From: an uncultured Acidobacteriota bacterium
GTDB taxonomy: Bacteria > Acidobacteriota > Blastocatellia > RBC074
Length of the DNA: 64,000 nt
Assembly (NCBI GenBank): GCA_963796275.1
Contig: CAWCKY010000004.1
Location: 640,001-704,000 of the forward strand
Reading direction: 5' to 3'
A program made the translations under genes and the position numbers. The notes under the pieces were generated by a model. The model was not told where the DNA came from and searched no databases. It saw only the letters and a program-made list of their open reading frames with translations. Positions 30,223 through 42,772 of the stretch are shown here, one piece after another (the stretch's first letter is position 1; each line of letters opens with the position of its first letter).

Positions 30223-32013
30223 TCAATTCTGCTTCCCGCCGCTGTTGACCACCGGATGCCTCCAGGCGCCCAGCGGGGTTACCAGCGATTTCGCCGCCCA
30301 CGCATCCCACTTCAAAGCCATCTCCTTAACGCGCTGGGGCTGTTCTACGGCAAGGTTGCGGAGTTCCGCCCGGTCGGCTTCGATGTCATAAAGTTCCCAT
30401 GGCTGATTCTCCTGGGCGACCAGTTTCCATTTTCCCTCGCGTATTGCGCGATTGCCTTCGTGTTCCCAGAATATCGGTTTTCCGCGATCGATCGACTTGC
30501 CTTTCAATGCGGGGGCGAGGCTCACGCCCTCCATCGGCGTAATCGCCGCGCCGTTGCGCTCTTTCGGATAACTCGCGCCGGACAGATCTATACACGTCGC
30601 CATCAGATCGATCAGATGTCCAGGAGTCCTGATGAATTTGCGGTGAAGCGACTTGTCGATGCCTGCGGGCCAATGTGCGATGAGCGGGGTCGAGATGCCG
30701 CCTTCGTGAACCCAATGTTTGTATAAGCGCAGCGGCGTGTTCGAGACGTTCGCCCATCCGCGGCCATATGCGATATACGTGTCCGGCCCGCCCGGGCATG
30801 ACGCCGGGGCCCATCACCACCGGATAACCGCCGCGCGTTTGTTTCGGTGCGGAACCGTATTGCTGCGCATCGTCGGGCATCGCAGGGAAGACCGGCTTGT
30901 CGCTCCGCACGGCGAACTTGTTGGTAGCGTTCGGCCTCCGCCCCATCGGTTCCGCACAGGCGCCGTTGTCCTGCAGATAGAAGATGAGCGTGTTATCGAA
31001 CTGCCCGCGCTTTTTCAATTCCTCGACGATACGGCCGATCCCTTGATCCATATTGTCGATCATCGCGGCATAGACCTCCATCGTCCTCGCCTCCCAATCT
31101 TTATTCTTTACCCCATTCCAATCTTCAGCCGGCGGCAACAAATCCCAGCGCGGATCGATCAACCCCATCTTTATCATTCGCTCGTAGCGGGCACGGCGCA
31201 CCGGCGCATACCCGACATCGTATTTGCCCTTGTATTTGGCGACGTCCTTCTCCAATGCGTGCATCGGCCAGTGGGCGGCAGTATATGCGACATACATAAA
31301 AAATGGCTGGCCGCTTTTTTCTGCGCATGATCGGCGATGAAGCGCTGCGCGTGGTCGCTGATCGCATCGGTGTAATAAAACTGGGCCGGACGATATTCCG
31401 GATCGTTGAAGGCGGTGATGAGGGTGTTGTCGCGCACGAGCGAACTGGGGTCATAAAAGCTGCCCGCACCGTGTATCGTCCCGTAATACCGTTCAAAACC
31501 ACGTTGTAACGGCCAGTTGCGCGTTCGAGTCAGGTGCTCCGGCGTATTCCCCGGTGTAACATGCCACTTGCCGATACCATAGGTTGAATATCCGGCGGGC
31601 TTGAGCGCTTCAGCAATCGTCACACAATGTTCGCTCAAATCGCCGCGATATCCATCGGCGCCGCGGTCTTCCATCATATGGCCGATGCCGGCTTGATGCG
31701 GATATAAACCGGTCAGTAATGCCGCACGCGTCGGACAGCAGCGCGCGGTGTTGTAAAACTGCGTGAACCGCACTCCGCCGCTCGCCAGTCCATCCAGATT
31801 CGGCGTGTCTATCTCGCCACCGTAACCACCGATGTCCGAATAGCCCATGTCGTCGGACATGATGATTATGATGTTCGGTCGCTTCGATGTTCTCGACTGG
31901 CGCGTAGCGTCCGCCCGCCTCACGATCACCAGCGCAGCAATTAACATCATAACGGACAGACTTACGAACAAAATCAGTGGTAAAACTCGTTTTTTTGGTA
32001 AACGATTGGTCAT
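30223..32013 (-). CDS. Secreted arylsulfatase (two frameshifts, near 31315 and near 30790)
   Basis: PNIIIIMSDDMG, TARCCPTRAALLTG, GKWH, YTAAHWPMHA, QDNGAC, FWEHEGNRAIR. Confidence 0.9.
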
Positions 32014-32065
32014 TTTGTTCCTCGAGTTTTGGTTATCATCAAATGTGCTTCGGATGTGAAGTATG

Positions 32066-33460
32066 TCATTTTTTTTCGCCCCAGACTTTCGGTGATTTGA
32101 AATCCGGCGCCTTCGGTTTGCTCTTCGGCGGAATAGCCTGCGCCGCCATCCGGTCATAGCGCGCTTGCAGATCCTTCACTTTGTCGGGGTGGCTCTTGGC
32201 CAGGTTATTTTTCTCGTACGGATCGCTGACCAGGTTATATAACTCTATTGACAAGCGCCCGGCTTTCCCGTCATTTTCATCGTCTTCACCGGAATTAACA
32301 TCGCCGGTCAGCACCAGCTTCCAATCGCCAACCCGGATCGCTCCTGATTTCGGGGCCGCGTTGAGCAGAATCTCCTGATGAGGCGAGGTCTTGCCTTCCG
32401 CAATCGTCGACCAGGCATCGTTACCATCTACCGGCAGTTTCTGCTTAAGCGAACCGCCCGCCAGTTTGAGGAGCGTTGGATACCAGTCCACGGCGTGCAG
32501 CGGCTGATTGACGACAGTGCCGGGTTTGATGCGGCCCTCCCAGGAGACGCAGGCGGCCACGCGTACTCCGCCCTCATACAGCGTCCCTTTCCCCGCGCGC
32601 AACGGCCCATTGTCAGTCACGCGTCCCGGCGCCGGGCCTCCGTTATCGCTCGAGAAGATGATGATCGTGTTTCGCCGCAGCCCTTTCTCACCGAGAGCCG
32701 CGACGATCTGCCCGATGGCTTCGTCCATCGCCGCCAGCATCCCGGCGTATGTTCGGCGTGGCTCCGATAATTGCGTATATGGCGTTATGTATCTCTCAGG
32801 AACCTGATGCGGCGCGTGGACCGCGTTGAACGGCACGTAAAGGAAAAACGGTTGTCGACTGGCTGTCCCTTCGATGAATTTCACAGCGTCTTTGGCGATT
32901 AGCTGCGTGCTGTAACCTTCGTCATAACTCGCATTGTCGTCGCGATGCCAGTCGTGCCCTCCATCGCGGTCGTGACGGAAATAATCGATCGCCCCATTGT
33001 AATGGCCGTACTGATGATCGAAGCCGCGGGCGGTCGGCAGGTAAGCCCGCTCGAAGTGCCCCAGATGCCACTTGCCGGCGATCGCGGTCGCGTAACCGGC
33101 CTCTTTCAACGCCTGCGGGAGCGTACGTTCATCCAGCGGCAGTCCGTATTGCGCCCACGGCCTGACCACGCCGACCTGCAACCCATGGCGCATCGGGTAT
33201 CGCCCCGTCATCAGAGCGGCGCGTGTAGGCGAACAGACCGGCTGCACGTAAAATTGGTCCAGCCGCGCGCCACTCGCCGCCAGCCTATCGATGTTGGGCG
33301 TTTTGATCTCCTTGCCTCCGTTGAATCCCACATCCGCGCGCCCCAGATCGTCGGCTAGAATGATGACGATATTCGGCTTGTTCGGCTGCGTCTGCGGATA
33401 GCCGGGAATACTCCCGAAGCTCATCGCGATAAAAAGAGCTAGAAACACGTGCCTCATCAT
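32066..33460 (-). CDS. Secreted arylsulfatase (ARSB-like)
   Basis: Signal peptide, PNIVIILADDLG, PVCSPTRAALMTGRYP, GKWHLG, SDNGG, KGTLYEGGVRV. Confidence 0.93.
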   Translation of the reverse strand: MMRHVFLALFIAMSFGSIPGYPQTQPNKPNIVIILADDLGRADVGFNGGKEIKTPNIDRLAASGARLDQFYVQPVCSPTRAALMTGRYPMRHGLQVGVVRPWAQYGLPLDERTLPQALKEAGYATAIAGKWHLGHFERAYLPTARGFDHQYGHYNGAIDYFRHDRDGGHDWHRDDNASYDEGYSTQLIAKDAVKFIEGTASRQPFFLYVPFNAVHAPHQVPERYITPYTQLSEPRRTYAGMLAAMDEAIGQIVAALGEKGLRRNTIIIFSSDNGGPAPGRVTDNGPLRAGKGTLYEGGVRVAACVSWEGRIKPGTVVNQPLHAVDWYPTLLKLAGGSLKQKLPVDGNDAWSTIAEGKTSPHQEILLNAAPKSGAIRVGDWKLVLTGDVNSGEDDENDGKAGRLSIELYNLVSDPYEKNNLAKSHPDKVKDLQARYDRMAAQAIPPKSKPKAPDFKSPKVWGEKK

Positions 33461-33598
33461 TTTAATTTCCTCCGTCAATTGGCGCAGCTCAGACCGCGCG
33501 CTATGAGTGCTCTGAAAGCGCACAAGCTCTCGGCCATTGTTTTGCGGGCAGTAGCGGTTCGCACACCGGAACAATGCGAGACCCTGACGCCCTTCCTC

Positions 33599-35626
33599 TC
33601 ATTCGCTATCGCGCCAGCGTTCGGTGCGCACGTTGCGCCCGGTGCGATTTTGCTGTCCGCCGCGCGGAGTAATTCCCAGCTGGTCCAATATGTGCTCTAC
33701 CAGCCTCGGGATGTAGCCATTCGTGCGCTGATCCGCTAACGATCCCTGTTGTGGCATGGCCTTAATCAGGTCAGCCAGGCTGGCAGCCTTTTTGCCCAGC
33801 ACATCCACCGCATTGAGAGCCTCCATCGAAGCGAACAACCCATTCTTATCCGGAGGCATCAATTCACGCAGTACGGTTAAGGTAAGCTTCAGATCATCGT
33901 TGGAACCGTGCAATCCCAATGCCCTTGCGGACGCGATTCGGACGGCTGGCGCTTCATCCTTCAATGCCTCGCGCAACTCGGCGCGCGTACGCGCGACCGC
34001 ATTCCGGCCACGAATCAGCAGACCCATCGCCGCCCAATAACGCACGCCGCTGTCGTTGTCTTTCAACCCATCACGGAGTTGCGATACCGCATCAGGGTTC
34101 ATCATCGATGCCAGGTCAGCCATGGCCAGGATTTTTTCGAGCGGATATTTCTCCGGGTCGTGGCCGAGATCGTACATCGTCATTCCGATTGACCTGCGAT
34201 GCTGTTCGGATTCCGGCAGGAATCCGACATCGCGAATCTTCAGCGCGAGCGCCCTCTGCGCCGCGCGCAGCTTGGTCAGCGTGGTCCGGTGTCTGGGCGA
34301 AGCGGCGAGATTCTTCACTTCGTCACGATCATTCTGCAAATCGTAAAGCTCCTCTGCCGGCTTCTTCTCCCAGAAATAGGTCTGAGGTCGTTTCAGCCTT
34401 CCCTCGTCGTAAAGCCGCCGCCAGACGCGCGTCGTCGGAGTCTGGAACATGTAATCCAGGTATTGCCCGTAGATCAGGTGCGGCATGTAATTGCGAATGT
34501 ATACGAACTGCCCGTCGGTCACGCTGCGCACCAGGTCATAACGTTCGTCCATACGGCCACGAAAGCCATAAACAAAGGGTTGCGGCGGCGCTTGATGCCT
34601 ACCCATAAAGGCATGGCCCTGCAACCATTGGGGCGGCCTGAGGCCGGCGAGACTGAGGACAGTCGGCGCCAGATCAACGAAGCTGACCAGCCGGTCAGAC
34701 TTGCCTCCCGCTTTGTATTCGGGCGGGGCGAGATGTTTGAACTTCTCCGGTATGTATACGATGAGCGGCACTTGCAGGCCGGAGTTATAGGGCCAGCGTT
34801 TGTTGCGCGGCATGCCCGATCCGTGATCGGCGTAGTAAAAAACTATGGTCTCTCCGGCCAGACCATCGTCAGCAAGCTCCTTCAAACGCATGCCCGCATC
34901 CGCGTCTGCTTCGCTCACAACATCGTAATACTGCGCCCAATCCTGCCGGACCTCGGGCGTGTCGGGGTGATAGGCGGGGATAGGCGCCTGCGCCGGATCG
35001 TGAATCGGCTTATGCGGGCGGATGCGGATTTGGCTCTCGTGGCTCTTCGTGGAATTGAAAACGGCGAAAAAGGGCTGACTCTCCGCGCGCTTTCGCCAAT
35101 GTGCCCTTGGCGAAGACTCGTCCCAGACCCGGCTGGCCTCTCTTGCCTCGTTTGCCCCATTTGCCCCGTTTGCCCCGTTTGGTGGTTCGAGGTTGTAATC
35201 TTCTTTGGCATTATTCGTGCAGTAATAACCGGCCTGGCGGAGCAGCTGCGGGAACATTTGTTTCCCCCGCGGATACTGAATGCGGCTGCGCATATGCTCG
35301 CTGCCGGTCGACGGCGGATACATTCCCGAAATGATGGTGGTGCGGGCCGGCGCGCAGACCGGGGCGTTCGACCACGCCAGCCTGTAAAGCATCCCTTTTG
35401 CCGCCAGCCCATCAACATTCGGCGTAGTCGCGAAGCGGTCGCCGTAACATCCGAGGTGCGGGCCGTGGTCTTCGCTGGTGATCCATAAGATGTTGGGTAG
35501 CTGTTCTGCAGCGCCGTCGTGTCGAGCCGGAAGACTAAATAATCCGGCGGCCAGAACCAGACTGCAACCAAATATTCTGAGCAATATTCTGAACATCGGA
35601 TCGGTCTGCTTATTTCTATTATTCAT
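33599..35626 (-). CDS. Secreted sulfatase with C-terminal HEAT-like repeats
   Basis: PNILWITSED, PVCAPARTTIISG, ADHG; C-terminal LKD.DSGVRYWAA and LKDEAPAVRIASA repeats. Confidence 0.9.
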   Translation of the reverse strand: MNNRNKQTDPMFRILLRIFGCSLVLAAGLFSLPARHDGAAEQLPNILWITSEDHGPHLGCYGDRFATTPNVDGLAAKGMLYRLAWSNAPVCAPARTTIISGMYPPSTGSEHMRSRIQYPRGKQMFPQLLRQAGYYCTNNAKEDYNLEPPNGANGANGANEAREASRVWDESSPRAHWRKRAESQPFFAVFNSTKSHESQIRIRPHKPIHDPAQAPIPAYHPDTPEVRQDWAQYYDVVSEADADAGMRLKELADDGLAGETIVFYYADHGSGMPRNKRWPYNSGLQVPLIVYIPEKFKHLAPPEYKAGGKSDRLVSFVDLAPTVLSLAGLRPPQWLQGHAFMGRHQAPPQPFVYGFRGRMDERYDLVRSVTDGQFVYIRNYMPHLIYGQYLDYMFQTPTTRVWRRLYDEGRLKRPQTYFWEKKPAEELYDLQNDRDEVKNLAASPRHRTTLTKLRAAQRALALKIRDVGFLPESEQHRRSIGMTMYDLGHDPEKYPLEKILAMADLASMMNPDAVSQLRDGLKDNDSGVRYWAAMGLLIRGRNAVARTRAELREALKDEAPAVRIASARALGLHGSNDDLKLTLTVLRELMPPDKNGLFASMEALNAVDVLGKKAASLADLIKAMPQQGSLADQRTNGYIPRLVEHILDQLGITPRGGQQNRTGRNVRTERWRDSE

Positions 35627-36220
35627 AAAACGGCTCGCCCTTCTGTTTTACGAGAGTTACTTACCGGCGCTGCGGCGCTAGAACGCGGCGCTAGAACATG
35701 GTTGAAAAGCTCGAAATCAGGTGCACTGGCGAAAAGTAAAACCGCATGTGAGTTTGCGTCGTTATTTTAGAACATTCAGTCATTAAAGCCACTAAATCGA
35801 AACAACGAACAATGGTGCATACGGAAGCGTGAGCGACCGTTGCCTGCGGGAATGGGAGATTCATCAAGGCTCAGGTTCGCTAAGGCTCCCCACACTGCAC
35901 CGGCGGTATATGCCACCGATGTTGTCTGGTTTGATTTATTAGTTACTCGATTGGCGTTGGCAGAGAGCGGAAGATTACTGATAATGGCGTTTCAGATTTC
36001 AGTTTTTTAGTTTTCAGATTAAAGTAATCGATCATTCTCACAAAATTACAAAATACATGGATGGGATATTCTCTTCTAGATTTTCATCGGCAATTTTGTG
36101 GTGAACATTATCCCATCATTAAATGAAATCTGAATTAAATGAAGCACCGGGGATAGACGCTCAGCGCGTTAAGCTACGATAAGCATCACACAAATCACAC
36201 CAGTTTAGGAGGAAGAATAC

Positions 36221-38885
36221 ATGTCGAATGTGTCTAGAATCACCCTGTTTCGAGCAGCCACGCTGACCGCGATCTGTCTGATCGTTGCATTCGGAATACT
36301 GAAGATAGGTGGGCCCGGCATTTCCACACATGCACAATCAAACACGAATTATAGGTGGCGAAATGTGACGATCAACGGAGGCGGTTATGTCCCCGGCATC
36401 GTCTTCAATACGAAGGAACCGAACCTCATCTATGCCCGCACCGATATAGGCGGAGCGTACCGTTGGGATGAAGAGACCCAGAGTTGGATTCCGCTGATGG
36501 ATTTCATCAGCCGTGATGACTGGAACCTGACCGGAGTCGACACTCTGGCCACCGATCCGGTCGAACCGAACCGCCTCTATATTCAAGGCGGAACTTACAC
36601 CAATGAATGGACTAATCAGAACGGCGCCATCTATCGCTCAATTGATCGGGGCAACACTTTTCAACGTACCGACCTGCCATTCAAGGCTGGAGGCAACATG
36701 CCCGGCCGATCGATGGGTGAGCGCCTGGCAATCGATCCCAACCGGAACAGCATTCTCTATCTGGGCGCGCGCAGCGGAAACGGCCTGTGGCGGAGTACCG
36801 ATTACGGCGCGACGTGGTCGAAAGTCAACAGTTTCCCCAACGCGGGAAATTATATAGAGAGCCCCGACAGTTCATACACGAGCGATAACCAGGGCGTGGT
36901 GTGGGTGACCTTCGATCCGCGAACCGGGACTCACGGAAATCCGACCCAGACCATCTACGTTGGCGTTGCGGATATGGCCACCAGTATATATCGCAGCACA
37001 GATGCCGGCGCCACATGGGAGGCGGTACCGGGTCAACCGTCGGGATACCTGCCACATCACGGCAAATTGGCATCAACCGGCATGCTGTATATTAGTTACA
37101 GCGATGGTGGCGGCCCATACGATGGCGAGAAGGGCGACCTCTGGAAGTACGACACGGCGAACGCCACATGGACGAACATCAGTCCCGTACCATCGAGCAG
37201 CAGCGATAATAATTTTGGGTACGGCGGCCTGACGATCGATGCGCAACATCCCGACGTAATCATGGTCGCAGCTCTGAATTCCTGGTGGCCGGATACCATC
37301 TTTTTCCGCAGCCTGAACGGTGGTGCGACCTGGACCAGAATCTGGGACTGGGCGGACTATCCCAATCGGACGCTACATTACACGCAGGATATTTCGGCAT
37401 CGCTCTGGTTGAGATTCAACACGGAGACGGTTCTACCGGAACTCTCGCCGAAGCTGGGCTGGATGGTGAGCGCTCTTGAGATCGACCCGTTCAACTCCGA
37501 CAGATTGATGTACGGCACCGGCGCTACTCTCTACGGCACGAATAACCTCACAGAATGGGATTCAGGCCGTCAAATCGACATCAAGGTTATGGTGCAGGGG
37601 CTGGAAGAGACTGCTGTGCTGGACATTATCAGCCCGCCGACCGGCGCGCACCTGCTCAGCGCTATGCTAGATATCACGGGATTTCGGCACGACGACCTGG
37701 GTGTTGCGCCTGCCCGGATGTTTGACGACCCGCGGGACACGCCTCTCTTTCTGGACTATGCCGAACGCAGCTCGAACTTCATCGTCCGTGTAGGCGAGGG
37801 CAACGCCAATCATATCGCCTTCTCTTTAGACGGCGGCATTACGTGGGCGCCGGCGAATACCGAACCGGCTGGCGCAACCGGCGGATCGGTCGCGGCGGCA
37901 GCCGATGCCAGTCGAGTCGTGTGGAGCCCGGCGGGCGCCGCGGTATCGTTCTCGACCAACAATGGCGCCTCCTGGACAGCATCTGTGGGGATTCCCGCAG
38001 GAGCCCGGGTGAGCTCCGACCGGGTCAATCCGATGAAATTTTATGGGCTCGCCAACGGCACATTCTATGTCAGCACAAACGGCGGTGCGAATTTCACCGC
38101 GACAGCAGCAACCGGGCTTCCGGATTTCGCCAGGTTCAAAGCCATTCCGGGGCGAGAGGGAGACATCTGGCTGGCTGGCGGCGGAAGCGGCCTTTGGCAT
38201 TCGGTAAACGGCGGGGCGACATTCAACAGGCTGGGAGATGTCGAGGAAGCCGCCGTCATCGGATTCGGCAAGCCCGCGCCGGGACGAAGTTATATGGCGC
38301 TCTTCACACTGGCCCGGATCAATGGAATTCAGGGCATCTTCCGTTCGGATGATGCGGGAAGGTCGTGGATTAGAATTAACGATGACCGGCACCAGTTCGG
38401 AACATCGGGTGAGTCCATCACCGGAGATCCCGCGCGTATATGGGCGCGTTTATATAGGCACAAACGGTCGCGGAATCATACAGGGTGACAATCACGGACC
38501 CAATGGCGGCTGCACCGTTACCCCGGTGGTCTATGCGAACACGCCCTGGTACAACGAACAGGTTATCCGATTGGAAAATGGCGGAAGCGTGGATATCACA
38601 GCGCTCTCGGTCACGATCACCATTCAGCGCACCGGGGGCTTGAACCACACGGGCCAGTACAACAATGTGGGCGGGAGCCAGATTCTGCAGAGCCATAGCA
38701 GTACGGCAACGGCGATGTCCTACCAGTTCACACTTGCACCCGGACAAACGCTGAGAGCGGGCAGCAATTTCGCGTTCGCCGCTCAAACCGGCGGTTCAGG
38801 TACCGCGCACCCGATAAACGGGGATACGTACACCGTGAATTATAAAGCCGGCGGCACGAGCTATACGCTGACTGGCAGCTTCTAA
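36221..38885 (+). CDS. GH74 xyloglucanase-like enzyme with C-terminal beta-sandwich (CBM-like) domain (frameshift near 38428)
   Basis: WRNVTINGGGYVPG, YARTDIGGAYRW, GGNMPGRSMGERLAIDPN, BNR repeats; ITGDPRVYGRVYIGTNGRG restored by removing one C. Confidence 0.92.
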
Positions 38886-38919
38886 CTGGTGATCCAGATG
38901 CGAGGTAGTTAGCGAAGGA

Positions 38920-39108
38920 GGATTTGAGATTTGAATCTGCTGACTGGCGGATTTATGGATTTGACATTTGGGGCGCCAGCGGCGCGCAAATCCGCAGCAG
39001 GGGCTGATCACAGAATCCGTGCGGTCAGGAAATTTGAGTTTGAGATTCGCCCGAGAATCGGTCTTTCAGTGCGAATCTCAAATTTCAAATCGGATGTCTC
39101 AAATCCTT
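38920..39108. repeat. Heptamer-based (ATTTGAG / TCAAATC) imperfect palindrome
   Basis: GATTTGAGATTTGAA...TTTGAGATTCGC...GCGAATCTCAAATTTCAAATC...TCTCAAATCC. Confidence 0.55.
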
Positions 39109-39114
39109 CTTCGA

Positions 39115-39290
39115 GGACCGAGCGGCTACGGATGCTCGAAGCCGAGGGATGGGTGTCGCGGGACTACAAACCCACTATCCCGCCGGAGGTTACTTATGCC
39201 ATAACAAAAAAGGTGCTGGAGTTGGACGGCGTGATGATCGAACTCGACCGGATCGCCGAACGGTGGTACGGGAAAGGTCGGGGTTCGTAG
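39115..39290 (+). pseudogene. C-terminal remnant of an HxlR-family winged-helix regulator
   Basis: TERLRMLEAEGWVSR.YKPTIPPEVTYAIT matches the HxlR wing; the N-terminal half is replaced by repeat DNA. Confidence 0.7.
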
Positions 39291-39638
39291 ATTATCTCGG
39301 CTGAAAAATACCCGGGCGACGTCGAACCAGCTGCTGAACCTGATCGAGACTGCCATCCTACCTTCGCGCGGCATCACGATCTTAGAACTCGAGCGCTTTA
39401 ACCGGTGTTTTAAGAGAAAGGGCGGAGACGGTGGATGTCCTCTTCGGCGATTGCCAAGATGTTTTTTCAGCGAGAAAAGACTCACTCGATGCGCTTGATT
39501 GATGCCGCGCGGCAGGTCTCTGAGACGACTGGCAGTCACGACTTTATTTACTCGTGTTTTTCTCAGGCAGGGCAAAATGCGAAATGAGGCGTGCCGCGCC
39601 TCCGTAGCAGGCGTTTACAACAGTCGTTAAACACAATG

Positions 39639-42422
39639 TCAGAATTTGAAGCGTATTCCGGCCCAGGCCCCGCGAGGCGCTCCCGGCGCTAGAAAGGTTG
39701 CGTGTTGGAGTGGGAATTCACCATCAACCGCCGCAAACGGCTGCGCAATGAAGTTGCCCTCCGCGGTAAATCCGGTCGGACCCAGTTGCGCGCCCGTGTA
39801 ATACCGCCTGTTGAATAGATTGTTGATGCGGACGAACAGTTCGAGTCGCGGCTGTATCTGATAGCGTGCTCCCAGATGGGCGACCGTGTATGCGGGTGAG
39901 GTGCCGGAGCCGATGTAATATGTCCCATCAGGCTCGTGCTCATTGTTCTCATTGCCCCGCGCGTAGGAACTCGAGAGGGCCAGCACACCGAAATTAACGG
40001 AGAATTTTGAGGTGGCGCGCAGATCGGTAAAAACCTTGAGCAGATGTTGCGGGATGAGCGGGATTCGCGCACCCGGCACAATTTCGATCAATCCGTCGAG
40101 ACCCGGCGCCGCGGCATCGCTGCTGCTGTTGCTTGAACCGTTGACGCTCTCTTCGCTTTGATAGGTAGCGTCGAGAAAGGTGTAATTGCCGCCCAGGCTG
40201 AAAAGCCATATGCGCGTGTTGATGCCCGCTTCCAATCCCTCACGCCGCGTTTTACCGAAGTTCCGGAAATAGCCGAAACCGGTCTGTTCCGACGAGACGA
40301 AAAGTATGTCATTGCGGTTTTCACCGCGGAACAATCCGATATTCCAGCTCACGCGGCTCTCCTCGCTGCTGCGAATCCCGGCTTCGATCGTGCGCGCGAC
40401 GACTTGCTCGAGCGGCGGATCGCCAGCCATCGCATTGGGCAATTTGCAAGGCTCCTCTGGGTCAGCGCAACCGAGTTCGACGGATGTCGGCGCACGGCTG
40501 CCTTCGCTGTAACTGGCATAGGCATTCAGGTATCGCACGGGTCTGAATGTGAGGCCGACCGCCGGGTTGAATCGATCGAATTTATGGCGCCCGTCGAGCG
40601 ATCCCGGACCGCCGCCGGGCATGATGCGATCACGGTTATCTATCGTAGTCCGGTTATAACGTCCCGAGAGCGTAACGTTCAGTCGGTCGCTCACAGCCAG
40701 CGTGTCGGTAGCGTAAAAGCTAAACGTTCGAATACGCCCATTGAGATCGACACGCGTATCAAAAGGTTCACCATCCGCTTCGCCGCCGGTCACGCCATCT
40801 CCATACGAATCGACGCCGGTCACGCTGCGATCAGGATTGAGATAACCCAGTTGGGTGGTTTGCCGGAAATTCAGATGGCTGCGGTCATAAACTGTTCCCG
40901 CCGTCATCTGGTTGCGATGGCCGTGCGGAAAGCCCACCCACGTCAGTTGCCATGCTGTTCCGTAATTATATTGGTCACCGCGCGTGCGGTTGAGGAGCCC
41001 GTTGCAGTTCTCAGCGGGCTCGTCTCTTTGCAACGATTGTGCGATGCAACGCCAGGACGGGAAAGGCGAATTCGCCGCCGTCTCACCGCTCTCCGGGAAT
41101 CCGGTATAACCCGCAGCCGCCAAAGCCTCGCGGTCGTCCGCGCTCGGTTGATAGACCGGCTGATCTAATGAATCTTCGTTGATGTCGCCGTTCAGCGTAT
41201 TGGCGCGGATGGCACGGTAATATGCGTTGCCGGAGACCGTCATTCTCGTATTGAGTCCGTGCCGGACGCTGAAGTTGAAAAATGGAGCGCGATTGGCGGT
41301 AATATCCGGTTTTGTATATATGCTGGCGTAATCGCGACTGAGAAATCGTTGCTCTTGTAGCCCGTTGCCGATGAGAGAATTGTTGGCGAAAGCCGCGGTA
41401 AAGCCGATCATTGTACGGTCGCGTTGCCGCCCCACCTTGCCGAAGAATTGGCGAACGTTCGAAGGCGAATCTGTGCGCCAACCATCTTCGAAGAAGAAGC
41501 TGCTTGCGAGATACCAGTGAAAACCGCCGGCGTTAGAGCCGCCGTGTTCGACATCGGCGCCCAGACGTCCGAAACTCCCGCCGCCCAGTTCCATTGCGGT
41601 GCCGTGCGCATTACGCCCATCTTTCGTCTGGATTGAGACTGCGCCGCCGAGAGTGTTCAAACCGAAAAGCGGATTCGAACCCGGCGAGAGCGCGACTTCT
41701 GAGATCGCAATTCGTGGGATAAGGTCCCAACCGACTACATCGCCAAACGGCTGATTGAGCCGCACACCATCCAGATAAACGGAAAGCCCCTGCGGCGTTC
41801 CCAGCAGCGGTGATGCGGTGTAGCCGCGATAATTGAGGTCGCCCTGATAGGGGTTTCCTTGAATCTCATTCAAGTGGACGCCTTTGAGACGACGATTCAG
41901 AAAATCGGAAATATCGAGCGCATTGCTGGCCCGAATATCACCCACCTGCGCGGCCTGTACCGGCGCTGGTATCTCATCGGCCGCGAGATCGCTGCCGGCT
42001 AAGGGAGTGGATGCAATAACGTCCACGCTGAACGCCAGACTACTCACGGTCAGCGTAACAGTGCGTGTAACGGCAGTCGTTGATTCCACATCGATCAATA
42101 AAGACTGCGTGGCAAATCCGTCGCAGCCGACTTCCAGCCGGTACCGTCCGAAAGGCAATCTATCCAGAATATAGCTGCCTTGCGAATCGGTCCGAAAACT
42201 CCGCTCGATCCCGGTGGTAAGATTGAACAGCTTTCCCGCCGCCGCGACCGCCTTTCCCGATGGATCCCTTACTTCCAGATGGAATTCGCCGGTCGGGATT
42301 TGAAAGAGCCCGATGGTCGCGTCGCTCGCGAAAACACTGACCTTGTGCTGTATGTAGCTCTGCATCAAAACGGGACCGCTCGTGAGCGAATATAAAAGCA
42401 AACCTAACAATCCGTTGCTCAT
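39639..42422 (-). CDS. TonB-dependent receptor
   Basis: Carboxypeptidase-regulatory N-domain, [24 protein letters not shown] plug, NNLFNRRY, terminal RFKF. Confidence 0.92.
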   Translation of the reverse strand: MSNGLLGLLLYSLTSGPVLMQSYIQHKVSVFASDATIGLFQIPTGEFHLEVRDPSGKAVAAAGKLFNLTTGIERSFRTDSQGSYILDRLPFGRYRLEVGCDGFATQSLLIDVESTTAVTRTVTLTVSSLAFSVDVIASTPLAGSDLAADEIPAPVQAAQVGDIRASNALDISDFLNRRLKGVHLNEIQGNPYQGDLNYRGYTASPLLGTPQGLSVYLDGVRLNQPFGDVVGWDLIPRIAISEVALSPGSNPLFGLNTLGGAVSIQTKDGRNAHGTAMELGGGSFGRLGADVEHGGSNAGGFHWYLASSFFFEDGWRTDSPSNVRQFFGKVGRQRDRTMIGFTAAFANNSLIGNGLQEQRFLSRDYASIYTKPDITANRAPFFNFSVRHGLNTRMTVSGNAYYRAIRANTLNGDINEDSLDQPVYQPSADDREALAAAGYTGFPESGETAANSPFPSWRCIAQSLQRDEPAENCNGLLNRTRGDQYNYGTAWQLTWVGFPHGHRNQMTAGTVYDRSHLNFRQTTQLGYLNPDRSVTGVDSYGDGVTGGEADGEPFDTRVDLNGRIRTFSFYATDTLAVSDRLNVTLSGRYNRTTIDNRDRIMPGGGPGSLDGRHKFDRFNPAVGLTFRPVRYLNAYASYSEGSRAPTSVELGCADPEEPCKLPNAMAGDPPLEQVVARTIEAGIRSSEESRVSWNIGLFRGENRNDILFVSSEQTGFGYFRNFGKTRREGLEAGINTRIWLFSLGGNYTFLDATYQSEESVNGSSNSSSDAAAPGLDGLIEIVPGARIPLIPQHLLKVFTDLRATSKFSVNFGVLALSSSYARGNENNEHEPDGTYYIGSGTSPAYTVAHLGARYQIQPRLELFVRINNLFNRRYYTGAQLGPTGFTAEGNFIAQPFAAVDGEFPLQHATFLAPGAPRGAWAGIRFKF

Positions 42423-42772
42423 GGATCGTGTTGACCTTTCGGTAATTGTGCGTCGGCGATGCCTAATTCGAAACAGCCCTTCCCCTCGAGGACTATAGTT
42501 GCACCATGGGGTAGCGCTTCAGCTGTGCAACATTTATTTCTTTTTTTTCTCTTTTTTATCTCGAGTACTCTTTAGAATTAGAAATAAACACCAAATAGCC
42601 ATCAAAGTAAATACGTTAGAGACGTCGCCTACTCGATCGCCACGGATCTGCATATCCGCCTTTCTCGATCGCGGAGCGCATATAAATTCTACACGCCCGG
42701 CGCTGCACGGACATTTATCGCTCTGATATTGAAACCTGCCCGCACTCAAAGGGCCGGGTTCGCCTTCGCAAT

